Notes: generated by a model from the sequence alone, not told the origin. 63,934 bases of DNA, filler included, from Licmophora abbreviata (GCA_900291995.1; 13 parts of 13 records of this genome joined end to end with filler, not necessarily neighbours in it); one strand, 5' to 3'; positions 34,701 through 46,901 are shown, counted from the whole stretch's first letter. A program made the numbers and translations.

Positions 34701-35708
34701 GCGATGTGATGGTCACAGGGTCAGTCGGACCGGACGTGTTCTTGATCACAACAGTGAACTCGACAGGTTCAGCCCCGAAGAGAACGGTAGGATTAGCAGA
34801 GTATGTGAGCATAATGCCAGGATGCACTTCCGTTGGGTGCGGCGTTGGTTTCGGCGTCGGCTGTGATGCGTCCAACAGAACGTTAATGAGATGTTGTTAT
34901 CCTCGGCATGCATGCACATCAAACACGGACGGAGGACTTACATGAAGCGTCGGCTTGGGGGTCGGAGCAGCCTTGATCCTAACTTTAGTATCGTCATCGT
35001 CTGAGACAGGAGTACCTTCATCGTCGGTCCCCTCCGCCGTTACGGTGCTGGTCAACGTAGAGCCTGCATCACCGCTGATAATTCTGGTGAACAGACACTG
35101 GTAGGCGTTCCCTGGGCCCTTCACAATCTTCTGCGGCACGGAGCAGCCACCCTGGCCGTCCAAGTTTCCGAATGTGTCCGTCGTGAGACTGGTGATGGTC
35201 ACCGGATCAGTAGGGTCCGATAGATTCTCAACTGTCACTAGGAATGACACAACGCCATCTGGTGCAAAGATTCTCCCAGGAATAGCAAGGTACGTGACCT
35301 TGATTTGAGGGTGGGCTTCGGGCTGGGGAGTGGGCCTGTAGGTTGGCCGATGAGTTGGCCTTGCAGGAGGCTGTTCGAACATGGGAAACGTTGGGTTAGG
35401 CAATGATTCCATGGGCATAGTGATAGGTTTGGAATGGCTTGTAAAAAAGTACTCACCCTCCCAGTTGGCTTGTTGGTGGGCTTCTTGTTTGCGGGCTGTT
35501 CCAGGGTTCGGTTTTAGCAGGACGAGAACCAACGATGTGGGACCATGAAAAGCGACACCGTGTCAGTATCATATTGGCTCGTTCATTCAACTTCGGCCTT
35601 ATAGATCGCACTTACCTTCGAGTACCTTGTCCCAAACGCGGGGGAAGGGAGGATCAGAGTACCCAAGACGAGCAACAAGGTCAAGGCTGGCTTTTTGACG
35701 AAGAACAT
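31755..35708 (-). CDS. Large secreted modular protein: signal peptide, four Ig-like (DUF11/DUF7507-like) repeats, Pro/Thr linkers and two copies of a Gly-rich C-terminal domain; 7 exons; apparent 1-nt deletion at about 32446
   Basis: Exons 35616-35708, 35457-35495, 34942-35370, 34462-34860, 33886-34383, 33367-33783 and 31755-33274, joined by phase-0 GT-AG introns. Repeat consensus N.S..TDPVTITSL....FG.LDG.G.C...C.F...A.G.DDEGTPV. C-terminal domain IMDT.TPGSD.DLG.PNHSCPGGGPG.G.GGE...GENC..EG.VLIIQEE.DRDVDDNA.GG. Confidence 0.85.
32401..32570 (-). repeat. 12-nt coding tandem repeat (PTDP units)
   Basis: About 14 imperfect copies of gtcggcgggtca / atcggtgggtca. Confidence 0.9.
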
Positions 35709-36071
35709 CGTTCAGTTTCAAAGCTTTGCCTAAATCACAAGGATTTGGAGTACCAGACACCAAGCGACTACGAGAGAGTGTGTAAAACGAAAGATACACC
35801 TTGAACCTGCCGCTGATCCGTTGATCGTCTGAGCAGACAACAGCGAATCTTTCTCGAGATGTTGTGAGGCATTTCTGAAGCCTGTCGTTTTCGACGGCGT
35901 CCCATCACGAAAACGAGATTGGCGCCCCTAGATCGGTGTCGTATCGTGATTGCAATGATATTTCTGCGATGNNNNNNNNNNNNNNNNNNNNNNNNNNNNN
36001 NNNNNNNNNNNNNNNTTAATTAATTAANNNNNNNNNNNNNNNNNNNNNNNNNNNNNNNNNNNNNNNNNNNN

Positions 36072-36597
36072 GTCATCGAGTAAAGACTCGCCTTCCATGG
36101 GCTCGTGGAGTCGACAGACGCCGGGAGAGCGTATGCAAGAGGCGTTGAAGCTGCGACAAGAAGAGAAATCAGATGAAGCTACCACCTCCCAATTGCGATC
36201 GAGCTTGTCGTCTTTGATGCTGTCAGCAGAAGCGGGCGACTCCTCGACGACCACCTCTCCTTCTCCAGCGCCGCAACAGCAGCAATACGAGGATCCATAC
36301 ACTCATCGGCATCATAATAATTTTGATGATCACCGGGGTGAGGAAGAGGAGATGAAATTGTGTACGAGTTTGACTGGCTTTGAGATACTGCAACGTACAC
36401 AGCAGCATTCTTTGCGCATGACATCAACTTACGCCGAAGGAGGGGCTGCCGTGCAAGAGGTAGCGTCCGACGCAACAATCCAGCTGTCGATGCATTCGCA
36501 CGAACTGATGGATGGTGGAGATCTGCCAAGCACAGAGTATTCGCAGATTCAGGATCATCCTGACACCATCGAGTGCTTTGACCTGGACATGGAGTGA
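36072..36597 (+). CDS. C-terminal fragment of a low-complexity protein; 5' end lost in the gap
   Basis: Open frame from the contig edge with Ser/Gln/Glu-rich composition, ending HPDTIECFDLDME. Confidence 0.5.
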
Positions 36598-36953
36598 CGT
36601 TTTGGCGGAGTATGATTGGCAGAGAACATTTTTGACTCCTGTTGAGGAGAGGATTAGATCACCGACACATTATTTCTAGGCACTGTACAGAACTAACGTT
36701 ATAACGATATTTGCCTTGGAATCCGTCGATTAACGCATGTACTAGTGCAGCCTAAATCGCCAGATAAGCGTAGACAGTTATTTAACATTGTAACATATAT
36801 GCAGCTCTTGCTTCACCTTGGGGAGCGGCTTCGACAACGCGCTTCCAACATCATGATCTTCATATGTAAAGCCCTCAGCAGGGCATTGTGTGAAAAGCCG
36901 ACAATCAAATAAGCTCGACTGACGGCTGTACTCCGAACGGAATGAGTTCCTAG

Positions 36954-39149
36954 TTAGATTTCAGTCATCGATGAGGAGTTCCATTCGTCTACTGAAATCG
37001 AATACGTCTGAGGCTGTGTGGCCTGCGCTTCTCTCCGAAAATCCGCTATTGAAGTCGGGGAGTCTGGGAGCGACCCTTTGGATGACGGTGGAGGGGCAGT
37101 CCCGCCAGATCCATCGGTACCATGAGACGCATATGTGACCTTCGTTGGTGCTCTATCGCGCGACTCATCCTCGCAGTTGTGTTTGCCTGCGAGAGCATGT
37201 GGCGATATAACTGTCGACGATCCGCCAAAAGGCGAATCATCAAAGGCGGTCCATTCGTCATCGTCGACCTCCTCTATTTTGTTTCCGGGTTGCCTAGTTT
37301 CAGAAAGAGCTTGGGTGAGCTCATGAGTTGCCATGGACTCCGGTTCGTCCTCGACATAGATATGTTTGTCCTCAGCGATAAGTTCTTGCTCATCGCTCTC
37401 GATCGAGTCGTCGTCCGTGTCGAGTAGTTCATCCTCGATGACAGGCTCTGGTTCGTCGCATACTAGCTCATCTTCGGTATTGACTGCATGCCCTTCAATA
37501 TGTAAATCTGGCTCTTTGTCGTCACCTTCCAACTCTTCCTCTTTCGTCTCATATTCTTCGTCGTCCGTTTCCGTGTCTTCGCTCTCCATGCCGGGCATTT
37601 CGACTGGAGTCTCTAGCATCTTAGGAAATGCCCCGCTTCGATCTGCTGAACTTCGGATCTCGTCCTCACTGTCTTCCGAGTCGGATTCCTCCAGCGACGA
37701 TTCCGACGTTGCCTTTGCGACTTCGACGTCATCGAGGCCCGAAAAGACGTCGGAGAGTGCGTGTGTTGGATGCTTGAGCCACCTATTCGCGTCATTCGTA
37801 CGAGACTCTGGTTCAGCACTCCTTGTAAGAGAAGTTGCAGGTTCATTCCTAGCTTGTTCCGTCGCGTCGAGGTCGTCGTCTGACTCAACGTCGCTCCTGG
37901 CCGATGAGCTGTAAGCTAGTTCGAGGGAGCCTGTCTCCTCATTCTCGACTGAGGCAAGATCCGACTGCTCCGATTCACTCGAGTCTGCTTCATCGACTAT
38001 CTTATTGTTTTCCTCTTTCTGGTCTTGGCTGCCGCTTTGCTCTAGTATTGTGCTGAACAAGACACTGCTCGTATCACTTGTTTCGTCGTCCATGAGCGCA
38101 GACGATCGCATGACGTTCATTTCAGAAGCGACGCCGTCTGTGCCTCCCTCATCTGACTCGTCGCAAGGAGCGGGCGAAGTACTGGTGGGTTTCGATTTGA
38201 TAGGGATCCAGCTGTCTGGGTCCTCAACAGGCATGCTGTATAGACTATGCAGATCATCATCAGGCTGCCTCGTCAATTCCTTGGACCCAGCAGCCTTGCT
38301 GAAAGCCTTAGGTTCTCTGTCGACCGATAGCGAAAGTAACTCCTGCAGGATATCTTCCGTCGACGTAGCGTCCACAGTAGCCTGCTTGTCTTCTTGAACA
38401 AGAAAGTGGGCTGATTCGGCGCCACCGGAAGCAGTTTGGAGAATTGTTAGGCTAACCGCCTCCTCGAGCGCCCTCGTGCTGCGTGTGCTGCGGGCACTAC
38501 GGCGAGAAGGTGCAGATGCCGACGAGTGCCTGGAATGACGACTGGTGACGCTTGGTGGCCCCAGAGGCGCTGGGCTTTGTGTCAGCTGCTTCATTACTCT
38601 CATCTCTTCCATGTTGGAGATCGGTTCACTCCAGGTGTAAGCATATCCTGAGGAGAGAGCTTCCGCACCTTTCGAAGAAGACGTATGCTTGTTCGTAGGT
38701 TTCGCGTACTTTAAGACGGATCCCGGCGGGTCAACGGAGCTATAGATAGGCTCTAGCTCAGACTTGGAGGTGTCCGCTTGTGCTGGGCGGTCATCGCTCT
38801 GCCCTTGAAGGACGAGCTCGAACGAACCGTTGGAAGCATCTTCCCTGACTTCTGGAGGACCACTGCCACTGCTTGCGTACATTAAACTCTTCTGCTCTTT
38901 CGCTGGACGAGCCTCCTTTTTCCTTGAGACATTCTCCTCCGCAGGAGTGGACGGCATTATATTTATTTGTCTTTCTGCCGCCGTCGTCGACGGATAGTTC
39001 CGACTCCTGTGGGCCCTCACCCGGGCCGCCCTCCTATTCCGCTTCGCTTGCAGCTTTTCGGGACTGGGAAAGGCCATGGTGCCTCGGACACTCGACAGCT
39101 TTGGGGGGTAGGGGCTGGGCGATCTGGTTGTGACTCTGCTTGTTGTCAC
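36954..39149 (-). CDS. Large acidic, probably disordered protein of unknown function; start uncertain
   Basis: 731-codon ORF rich in S/E/D with short motifs such as DDDEWTAFDDSPF; no recognisable domain. Confidence 0.65.
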   Translation of the reverse strand: MTTSRVTTRSPSPYPPKLSSVRGTMAFPSPEKLQAKRNRRAARVRAHRSRNYPSTTAAERQINIMPSTPAEENVSRKKEARPAKEQKSLMYASSGSGPPEVREDASNGSFELVLQGQSDDRPAQADTSKSELEPIYSSVDPPGSVLKYAKPTNKHTSSSKGAEALSSGYAYTWSEPISNMEEMRVMKQLTQSPAPLGPPSVTSRHSRHSSASAPSRRSARSTRSTRALEEAVSLTILQTASGGAESAHFLVQEDKQATVDATSTEDILQELLSLSVDREPKAFSKAAGSKELTRQPDDDLHSLYSMPVEDPDSWIPIKSKPTSTSPAPCDESDEGGTDGVASEMNVMRSSALMDDETSDTSSVLFSTILEQSGSQDQKEENNKIVDEADSSESEQSDLASVENEETGSLELAYSSSARSDVESDDDLDATEQARNEPATSLTRSAEPESRTNDANRWLKHPTHALSDVFSGLDDVEVAKATSESSLEESDSEDSEDEIRSSADRSGAFPKMLETPVEMPGMESEDTETDDEEYETKEEELEGDDKEPDLHIEGHAVNTEDELVCDEPEPVIEDELLDTDDDSIESDEQELIAEDKHIYVEDEPESMATHELTQALSETRQPGNKIEEVDDDEWTAFDDSPFGGSSTVISPHALAGKHNCEDESRDRAPTKVTYASHGTDGSGGTAPPPSSKGSLPDSPTSIADFRREAQATQPQTYSISVDEWNSSSMTEI

Positions 39150-39650
39150 GTCACGGATTACACATGCAAACCAAACGCAACAGCATAGGTGCGCCTACAC
39201 ACACTTCTCACCGTAAGCAAAGCGGCTCCTGGATCGAAATTCATGTCACTCAACGGCGCACAACGCTCGTCATTTAGTCAACATGACTAACATAAAAACC
39301 AACGACTGGATACATACATATTCCCAGCTTTCCAAAATTTTGCCAGTGTCATCGGGAGGAGACCCGGACATCTGCACGGGCGATGTGCAGACGACGTCTG
39401 GGACAGGACACCTTCGAAAATGTTTCGTGAGCTACACCAAGATCGACTACTCATCGAATGAAAGGTCTATCATCGCTGTGCCTCGTATTGAAAGTCGCTT
39501 GTAGCTTTAGCAGCCTCGTTATGTAATAAAAAGCAGGGAAAGTTCCAGCAATTACGCTGCTCTGCCTCCACCTTGCATTGCTACCGGCTGATAAAAGGCT
39601 GCAGGAAAATTCTACTAGTAATACACTAGTCTTCGTGAAGATGAACCACA

Positions 39651-41930
39651 TCAGGTACACGTCGACGGGCCGCTCGAGCGCGCGCTCGCTGACGCCGCTC
39701 GTGGTTCTTCCACAGCGTACTCGCCGCCAGCACGGCAAGTGACAATGCCCAGAGAGTCCCGACAGCTTCCAGGTCAGACGCACACTTGGCATCTTCTCGG
39801 AAGAAATCAACATTCGGGACGTGAANNNNNNNNNNNNNNNNNNNNNNNNNNNNNNNNNNNNNNNNNNNNTTAATTAATTAANNNNNNNNNNNNNNNNNNN
39901 NNNNNNNNNNNNNNNNNNNNNNNNNATTCGGGACGTGAAGAAAGCAAGTGCCGTTGGTGTCCACTTCAACGTCCTCTTGGACAGCAGGACACATAGTCAA
40001 ACGCGCACGAGGTGGCATCTGCAATGCAAGACGGTCCCAGAATAAAAACCATGCTTGTGCTGGTCGAAACACTCCTTTTTGCAAGACAACCATCAGTAGC
40101 GGCGTCTCCTCACGCTCGCCTGCATCACTCAGGCCAAGCAATCCCATGCACATGGAACTGTCTCCGAAAAACGCCCAAATGACGCCCCACGTTACTCGAA
40201 ACAACCAAAAGGTCAATATCACCACCGCCAGCTCCAACATTCGTCCTCTCAAATCCATTCCGGCACACTTCTTCATCACTGTCGCTGCTCCACCTCCTAG
40301 AATGCCCATGGAATAGAAGGACACCGGTAGCAACGCGATCCCCATATCGTATACGAGCGGATCACGTAGCACCCCTGGAAACAGATAAAGTCCCAGTGCC
40401 GTGTATACCAGAACGCTCCACCAGAAACGAGATGGTTTGTAGCACACGTGCTTATGAACAATGTGCCAGCTCACATTTTGACAGTGCCGGCTGCAATAGT
40501 ACGATCGAAGACACCGGACGCACTTCCAGCGAGCACGTCGTCGACACAAACTACAGGCCCAACGGCGTCTTGAGACACCTCGCTTCTTCAGCAAGCGACG
40601 GGCGCGGCAGTACAAGGCCACCAGGGGCGACACAAGCACCGGAGCAAACGGACGAAGCCAACGACGTCTCGTAAACGCCGCTCCCAGCTGCCAAAGGAGA
40701 TGAGGCTGTCGGAGCGCCGCCATGACATGGGCCGGCATCGCTTCTAGCCAATCATCTTCTGCCAAGACGTGCTGTTGGTTACGCGGTGCTGGACGAGAAG
40801 AGGGTGGCGGCAGTGCATATGGCGCACTGCACGTTTCACAACTCAAGCCGTTCCGAGCCTCTGGGTGGCGCGATCGACAACGCCATTGTTCGATACAGAG
40901 ATAGTGTACAAACGCCATGCTTCCCGAACATTCACAGGGTGCGAGTAATGGGTTTTCAGCAGCATAATTGTTGGAATGATAAGCAGGATGTGGCTGTATT
41001 GGACCAGTCGTGGTTGGCTTGGAGGTCAACGATGGAGGCTCTACTTCCATTATTTCTTCTTCTGGGGCACCTTCCTCGGGAGCCTTCTCTTCGTCATCAT
41101 GTAGTCCTTCACGACAAATGCGGCACATGACGGGTTCCATGTCGGTGGGCTGTGCTGTCATTACGGAGGGATTCAGCCCATCGTCATACCGAGACAAGAG
41201 CTGCAAGGCTGACGAAGACGGATAGTACAGACCAGTGCGCAGACATCGAAGAGATCCAACTCTATTGTCTTGACGTGCGGGAGGAGGAGACGGGTCGTCG
41301 CCTGTTGGTGCAAAGAAGCCGTCGTTCTCTTCCTTCTCGGTCGTTGGAAATCCTATAGCGGGTGAGAGACGATCGGAGAGTGCAGAAAGTTCTACCATGA
41401 AGATAAGAGTGAATGAGGGTCTCGTGAGTAAAGATAGGTGAAACTCATTCTTCCGTCTACAAGCACAAGCACAAGCACAGAGAATATCCACCTACCAGAC
41501 TCAAGTCTCGTGAGTGACCCAGGTTGACCGCCCGGTTGTAGGTTCGCGCCGGCACCCGCCACGGTGTTCGTCCATGAGGCTTCCGTGGTACCTGATGACT
41601 TATCGAGGCGTTTATTATGTTCCAGGAACATCTCGTGTGCTCTTCCTAGCGCAATATAGCCGGCAAAGCCCCCCTTTCCGGGCCAACGCAGCCGCAACCA
41701 GTACCGTGAAAAGGCCAGACACACATCATCCACCAGTACGACTTCCGCATGTCGGACGCGTCGAATGGGCATACCCGACGGCGGAGGTAGTATAGGCTGA
41801 CGAGAAATGGACGCATCCTGCTGCAGCCTAATCTCTTCAATGATGGAAGCAGATGACACCCCGGCCCGGGGAGCAGTGGTAGTATTCGAAGTTTCATGCG
41901 TAGATTCTTCATTGGGAACGGATCGTTCCG
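39651..41930 (-). CDS. RING-CH (RINGv/MARCH-type) E3 ligase with a zf-MYND finger and TM helices; 5'-partial; spans the spacer at 39826-39925
   Basis: CRIC...LLAPCECSGSMAFVHYLCIEQW...CETC; CSLC...CVRC..SYYCSRHCQNVSWHIVHKHVC; hydrophobic helices; intron 41392..41495. attcgggacgtgaa occurs on both sides of the spacer, and the frame continues to TGA at 39651. Confidence 0.85.
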
Positions 41931-42595
41931 NNNNNNNNNNNNNNNNNNNNNNNNNNNNNNNNNNNNNNNNNNNNTTAATTAATTAANNNNNNNNNNNNNN
42001 NNNNNNNNNNNNNNNNNNNNNNNNNNNNNNATATCAAAGGGGTAGGCATAAACTTGAATACCATGACGCCATGGTTCGGCCGTGAAACATCCTGGTTTGC
42101 ACAAGTAGACGGGCATCCCGTACTGAGCAGTGAAAGATTAACGGGGACGGCTAATTTTGGATTTCGATATCAGAAACACGTTCAAACGAATGTCGACGGG
42201 GCGTACACCAGTCAGGAGCATCCACGTGGGAATAGAGCAAAGTAAAACGAGACGTAAGTGAATAAATGGGGGGCCAGGTATCGGTACAGACGACCACACC
42301 GAGAGTTTCTCTTGACATTCGTCGAGAGCCGTTTTGCTTCCTGCGTCGTGCGTCGCGTCACACACGGCGGATGCTGGCTGGATGAGTGAGTGTTGTGAGT
42401 GCATGCGTTGGGGTTGTCATTCGTGTAGCTGAGCACTGAGACGTGACGTAGAATCTACCTGTTATATTCGAGCTTCAGGCCCTGATACCGAAGATAAATC
42501 TTCTTCACGCGAGCTCTCAAGCTTTTTTCCTTGCCCAAAATTTCGTCTGCCTCAGAAAGCGCCACAATAAAAGTGGCGCAGGTACCGCGACGACC

Positions 42596-43186
42596 ATGGC
42601 GACTACAAACGATGTGAATACTGAGACAACGGACGGCGATTCTGGTCAGAAGAGATCATTGGAAGTCTTGGAATCCAGTGATGTTGAAACTTCTTCGAAA
42701 AGACCAAAGATAGACGAGGAAGACGAGCCGAATGACGACAGTGACCAACGACCTCGTCGCACGCGATGGAGAGTTCACCAAATGGCAGAAGACTATGTGA
42801 CAATGGCTGGGAATCTGATGTACCCTGGGAACACTATGGGTCCCTATGGCTATCATGCCCCGTCCCACTCCTTCCCTTTGGAACGACTTACGACACTTGG
42901 CATGCTGACGAGTCCACTGCGCACCCCTACTGTGATAGAAACCTGGAGCCCTTACGAGATTTCCTTGTTTGAGGCAAGTCTGGTGCAATATGGAAAACAA
43001 TTTCACAAAGTCAGGGCAGTTGTACAAACCAAGTCGACTAAGGAGATTGTGGCATTTTATTACATGTGGAAGAAGACGTCTCATTATCAGCAATGGAAGC
43101 GACAGTATGTGGACGACTATGATATTCTCAGCAGCAGTGACAGCAGTGACAATGAAGGGGACGACGCTAAGGAGAATGAGAGTTAA
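42596..43186 (+). CDS. SANT/Myb-like domain protein (MIER/RERE-type SANT)
   Basis: WSPYEISLFEASLVQYGKQFHKVRAVVQTKSTKEIVAFYYMWKK. Confidence 0.85.
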   Translation: MATTNDVNTETTDGDSGQKRSLEVLESSDVETSSKRPKIDEEDEPNDDSDQRPRRTRWRVHQMAEDYVTMAGNLMYPGNTMGPYGYHAPSHSFPLERLTTLGMLTSPLRTPTVIETWSPYEISLFEASLVQYGKQFHKVRAVVQTKSTKEIVAFYYMWKKTSHYQQWKRQYVDDYDILSSSDSSDNEGDDAKENES

Positions 43187-43282
43187 AGAGTCATGGGGTC
43201 TGGCTAGTGCAAACAAGTTCATATCATAATGCCGTACGGTACTAGAGCGACAACCATGCCAGCCAGTATGTCTACTCCTTCG

Positions 43283-44233
43283 TTAGTAAGACCAGCTGCC
43301 ATCTCTGCTGGGCCGACCAGGGCCATTAGACCTACTCAATCCGTCTGGCCTTTGCTGTTCCTCGTACGCATCTCGAGCCGCATATTCTGTCGCTCCATAG
43401 TATCCCGAGTACGCGCCTGGAGGGCCTGCACTGCTCACAGCACTGCCGGAAGCGGTTGCTTCGTCCCATGTCAGTCTCGTAAAGGCTTGACTTTGCAGTA
43501 AAAAGAAGACACTGTGCAGTGTATTGGCAATGTACACTTCTCGTGGCGTCAGTTTACTCGGCATCAATGTAAGTCGCAAAAAGTTGTAAACAATCAGAAG
43601 CACTTCCACCAGCTTGTTCAGGTTCAGAATAGCCTTCATTCGTTTCTTGGCCGAATGCGACGGACNNNNNNNNNNNNNNNNNNNNNNNNNNNNNNNNNNN
43701 NNNNNNNNNTTAATTAATTAANNNNNNNNNNNNNNNNNNNNNNNNNNNNNNNNNNNNNNNNNNNNAAATAAGGCCATCAGGGGAACGACGAGCAGCAGTC
43801 GCACAAAACCCTTGCGTGCCTGGTCTGCCACTTCGTACAAGTGTACATCGCGCCACATGAGGATGAAGAATATGAGTGCTCTGGATCCCTTCGATACGGT
43901 GGTGACGAGTTTGATGCGGCCCTGCAAATCGCGGGGTGAACTAGCTTGTTCCGGTGTCATGTGGGAGTACATATCTTGTTGATTCCTTCTCCACGTATCG
44001 ACTCGTTCTTGCACTGTCTCGTGATCATATGGAATGTTGTTGTTGTTGCTATCGTCGCCGGCTAGGTCATAGGAAGGCGGAGGCGGAGGGGCATCGGAAA
44101 ATGCGCCGGCGCGGGGTGGGAATCGAGTCTTTGGTTTGTGAAGCGTTATTCGTTGCCGTTTTGGCGCCATTCCAGAGCCATGATTTGCTTCCGCGAACCG
44201 TATTAACAGTAGGGAAAGTGCAATGCATCTCAT
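43283..44233 (-). CDS. Signal-peptide-bearing multi-pass membrane protein of unknown function, split by a spacer
   Basis: MRCIALSLLLIRFAEA, hydrophobic helices either side of the gap (RALIFFILMWRD, LLLVVPLMALF; LNLNKLVEVLLIVYNFLRL). The join across the gap is inferred. Confidence 0.65.
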
Positions 44234-44933
44234 GGTGTTCGTGTGGAATGTCGGCAAGGAAAGTGGGAGACGGCGTTTTTTTTTCGCCATGGTCGAAAAC
44301 GGGTCGATGGAACGAGTGACACCTGGCACTTGAACCTGGGGGAGTCAGTCCACGAGCTAAATTGCTCGAGCTTTTTGCTTCGATAGTAATATTTGTGTCT
44401 GAATGTTTTAATAAGACGACCGTTGCATGACTTTGGGCATTGGATTTCTTCAGTCACGAGCAAAGAAAGACCACATAGACAAAGTAGACATTGCGTCCTC
44501 AGAGATGCAGACTAAAACTCGCTCGAACGAGGAAATTGCTGTGGCTGCTTTGGACTGTCAGTGTCGTGCCTTTGAAGGGCCGAAGCGGCTGTATGAGAGG
44601 ATGATGGTGAGTGCTGTTTTCATCTAGAGTGTAGAGAGTTCGATTGGAATGATGGGGGCCAGGAAGTGCCTCTGCCCTGTGCTGATTCGTGCACCTTCAT
44701 CTCGGCCGACCAAGACCCACTAGAGTTTTGGCAAGATTCGTGCAGAGATTCCCTATTCTAGCACTTCTCTACACTGCCCAACGGAATTTCAATCTGCCAG
44801 CGTGGGCGCGTCTATTGGAAACAAAGGAAGGACTTGCGATATCGTGAAGTTTTCGTTGATCGCTTCTCTTGGAGGAGTTTCTTCGCTGCCTTGGTGTTGT
44901 TCTTCACAAATAGGATGAGGAAGAGACTGCATC

Positions 44934-46808
44934 ATGCATTTTCGTGACTCGTCGTGTCCCGCAGCGTTGTGGTGTCCGAGTGACGAAGAGTATCTCACTG
45001 CTCCTCGCCCCCCTCTCTATCACTCTACCCGGTGCGTCTCTCTTACGGTCTTTCAACAGAACAACAACACAGACCGTTCTTCCGAACTCGATCTGCTCCG
45101 GATACTCGGGGAAGGCTCTTTTGGGTCCGTATACAAGGCGATTCACATACAGACGGATGCGGTAGTCGCCGTCAAGGTCATTCCGAATGCAGACTCGGAA
45201 TCAGACAAGATCAAGAGTGAGATTGACATTCTCAGTCGATGCGACTCCCCGTACATTGTCGGCTATTTTGAATGTTTCATCAAACCCCCCTCGTCCAAGA
45301 GTCCAGGAGAAATGTGGATTGTCATGGAATACTGTTCAGGCGGGAGCATGTCAGACTTGATTGAGGCGGGAGGTGGCGCTGGATTCCTCATGCCGGAAGA
45401 GTGCATAAAGACCGTTTGTGCCAGTATTGTCTTGGGCCTGGAGTACTTGCACGGTGTTGCAAATGTTTGTCATCGGGATATCAAGTGTGGGAACGTGTTG
45501 CTGACCCATGATGGTCACGTCAAACTGGCTGATTTCGGGGTTTCGGCCGAGCTTACCCATACCGTGAACAAGCGCAAGACTGTGGTAGGAAGTCCCTTTT
45601 GGATGGCGCCTGAGGTGATTCGCGAGTCGCACTACGATGGAAGAGCTGATGTGTGGAGTCTGGGTATTACTGCGATTGAAATGGCCGAAGGCGCACCGCC
45701 ACATGCCAACTTGAATCCACTCCGGGCCATCTTTGTCATTCCGACCAAACCGGCACCGACGCTGGCGGATCCGGACAATTGGTCTCCAGAAATGCTGGAT
45801 TTCGTCCGAGTATGCTGTCAGAAGGATCCGAATCAGCGAAGCGACTCGAAGGCTCTCAGTAATCATCCTTTTGTGAAGCAAGAGATTGTTGAGTTGAAGG
45901 CTCTTCACAAGGGAAATGCGGGAACACTTCACCACGGCGATGAGGACCTGAAGACGAAATACGCAAAGCTTTCGGCGCCTCGAGAGCCGGGCTTGCCGCC
46001 TTTGAGGCGATTCATGACTCGAATGCAAAAGAAGCTCGAGTATGTCATGAATCTTCGCGACAGGGACGCGCACATACACAGCAGCGGGACTTCTGGCGAG
46101 GGTGACAACGAACCAAAGCACGCTCATCCGAACGGCATGGTCGTTATGGACCTGGATGGTGTGCCTGGGTCGGAAAATCGTGCAGCTTCTGCGGGGCCTG
46201 GGGGTCGAGGCAACGAGTCTTGTGGCAGCAATTCGGACCGTTCGTCGCAGAATGGAACACCGTCGCACACGAATGGCTACTCACGCCGGACACCTCCCTC
46301 GCTTTTCTATCTGGACGCCATGGAACAATTTGCGCCCCCGATAGCCTCTGACCTGGACCCAGCATTAGCGGAGGATAAGCTGTTCCAGGCAGACATGAAC
46401 CGATTGAACAGAGCATTTGAGACAAAACTGCGTGCATTGCGATCAGCTCACGAACTCGCTCAGGCGAAGCTTGTTGCAGCTGCGAAACTACGACACGGCA
46501 GTATGCCGATTGATTTTACTTCGCTCATGGCGACAGCAGCGCAGCAGAATAATGCGGACAATCAGTCCCGCCAAGTCTTGCGCGATGCGTCTGGAGATCC
46601 GTTTATGGAAGGTCTCGTCGCAGGCATCGCGATTGCGCCTCCGGCCGTTCGGACAAAGCCAGCGCCAGTCGTCAAACATCGACGCATTAGCTCTAGCCCA
46701 CCCCAATCTCCAAAGAAAAATGGTAGAATCCCCGCGAGAATGGCTGATGGGATTCATTTTTCGCGCTCCAAATCCGCTGAGTTGTCTTTGACTTCACCGA
46801 AAGGGTGA
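44934..46808 (+). CDS. STE20-family (MST/GCK-like) Ser/Thr kinase; true start uncertain
   Basis: LGEGSFGSV, VAVK, HRDIKCGN, KLADFG, TVVGSPFWMAPE, DVWSLGITAIEMAEG.PP, PLRAIFVIP. Confidence 0.93.
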   Translation: MHFRDSSCPAALWCPSDEEYLTAPRPPLYHSTRCVSLTVFQQNNNTDRSSELDLLRILGEGSFGSVYKAIHIQTDAVVAVKVIPNADSESDKIKSEIDILSRCDSPYIVGYFECFIKPPSSKSPGEMWIVMEYCSGGSMSDLIEAGGGAGFLMPEECIKTVCASIVLGLEYLHGVANVCHRDIKCGNVLLTHDGHVKLADFGVSAELTHTVNKRKTVVGSPFWMAPEVIRESHYDGRADVWSLGITAIEMAEGAPPHANLNPLRAIFVIPTKPAPTLADPDNWSPEMLDFVRVCCQKDPNQRSDSKALSNHPFVKQEIVELKALHKGNAGTLHHGDEDLKTKYAKLSAPREPGLPPLRRFMTRMQKKLEYVMNLRDRDAHIHSSGTSGEGDNEPKHAHPNGMVVMDLDGVPGSENRAASAGPGGRGNESCGSNSDRSSQNGTPSHTNGYSRRTPPSLFYLDAMEQFAPPIASDLDPALAEDKLFQADMNRLNRAFETKLRALRSAHELAQAKLVAAAKLRHGSMPIDFTSLMATAAQQNNADNQSRQVLRDASGDPFMEGLVAGIAIAPPAVRTKPAPVVKHRRISSSPPQSPKKNGRIPARMADGIHFSRSKSAELSLTSPKG

Positions 46809-46901
46809 GAATGAGATATCCACAGAATATGGTCGGGATTATGGCTTATCGCACTCCGAATTTAAGATTCACGACACATGTACTATAGTATTTCAATGAT
46901 G

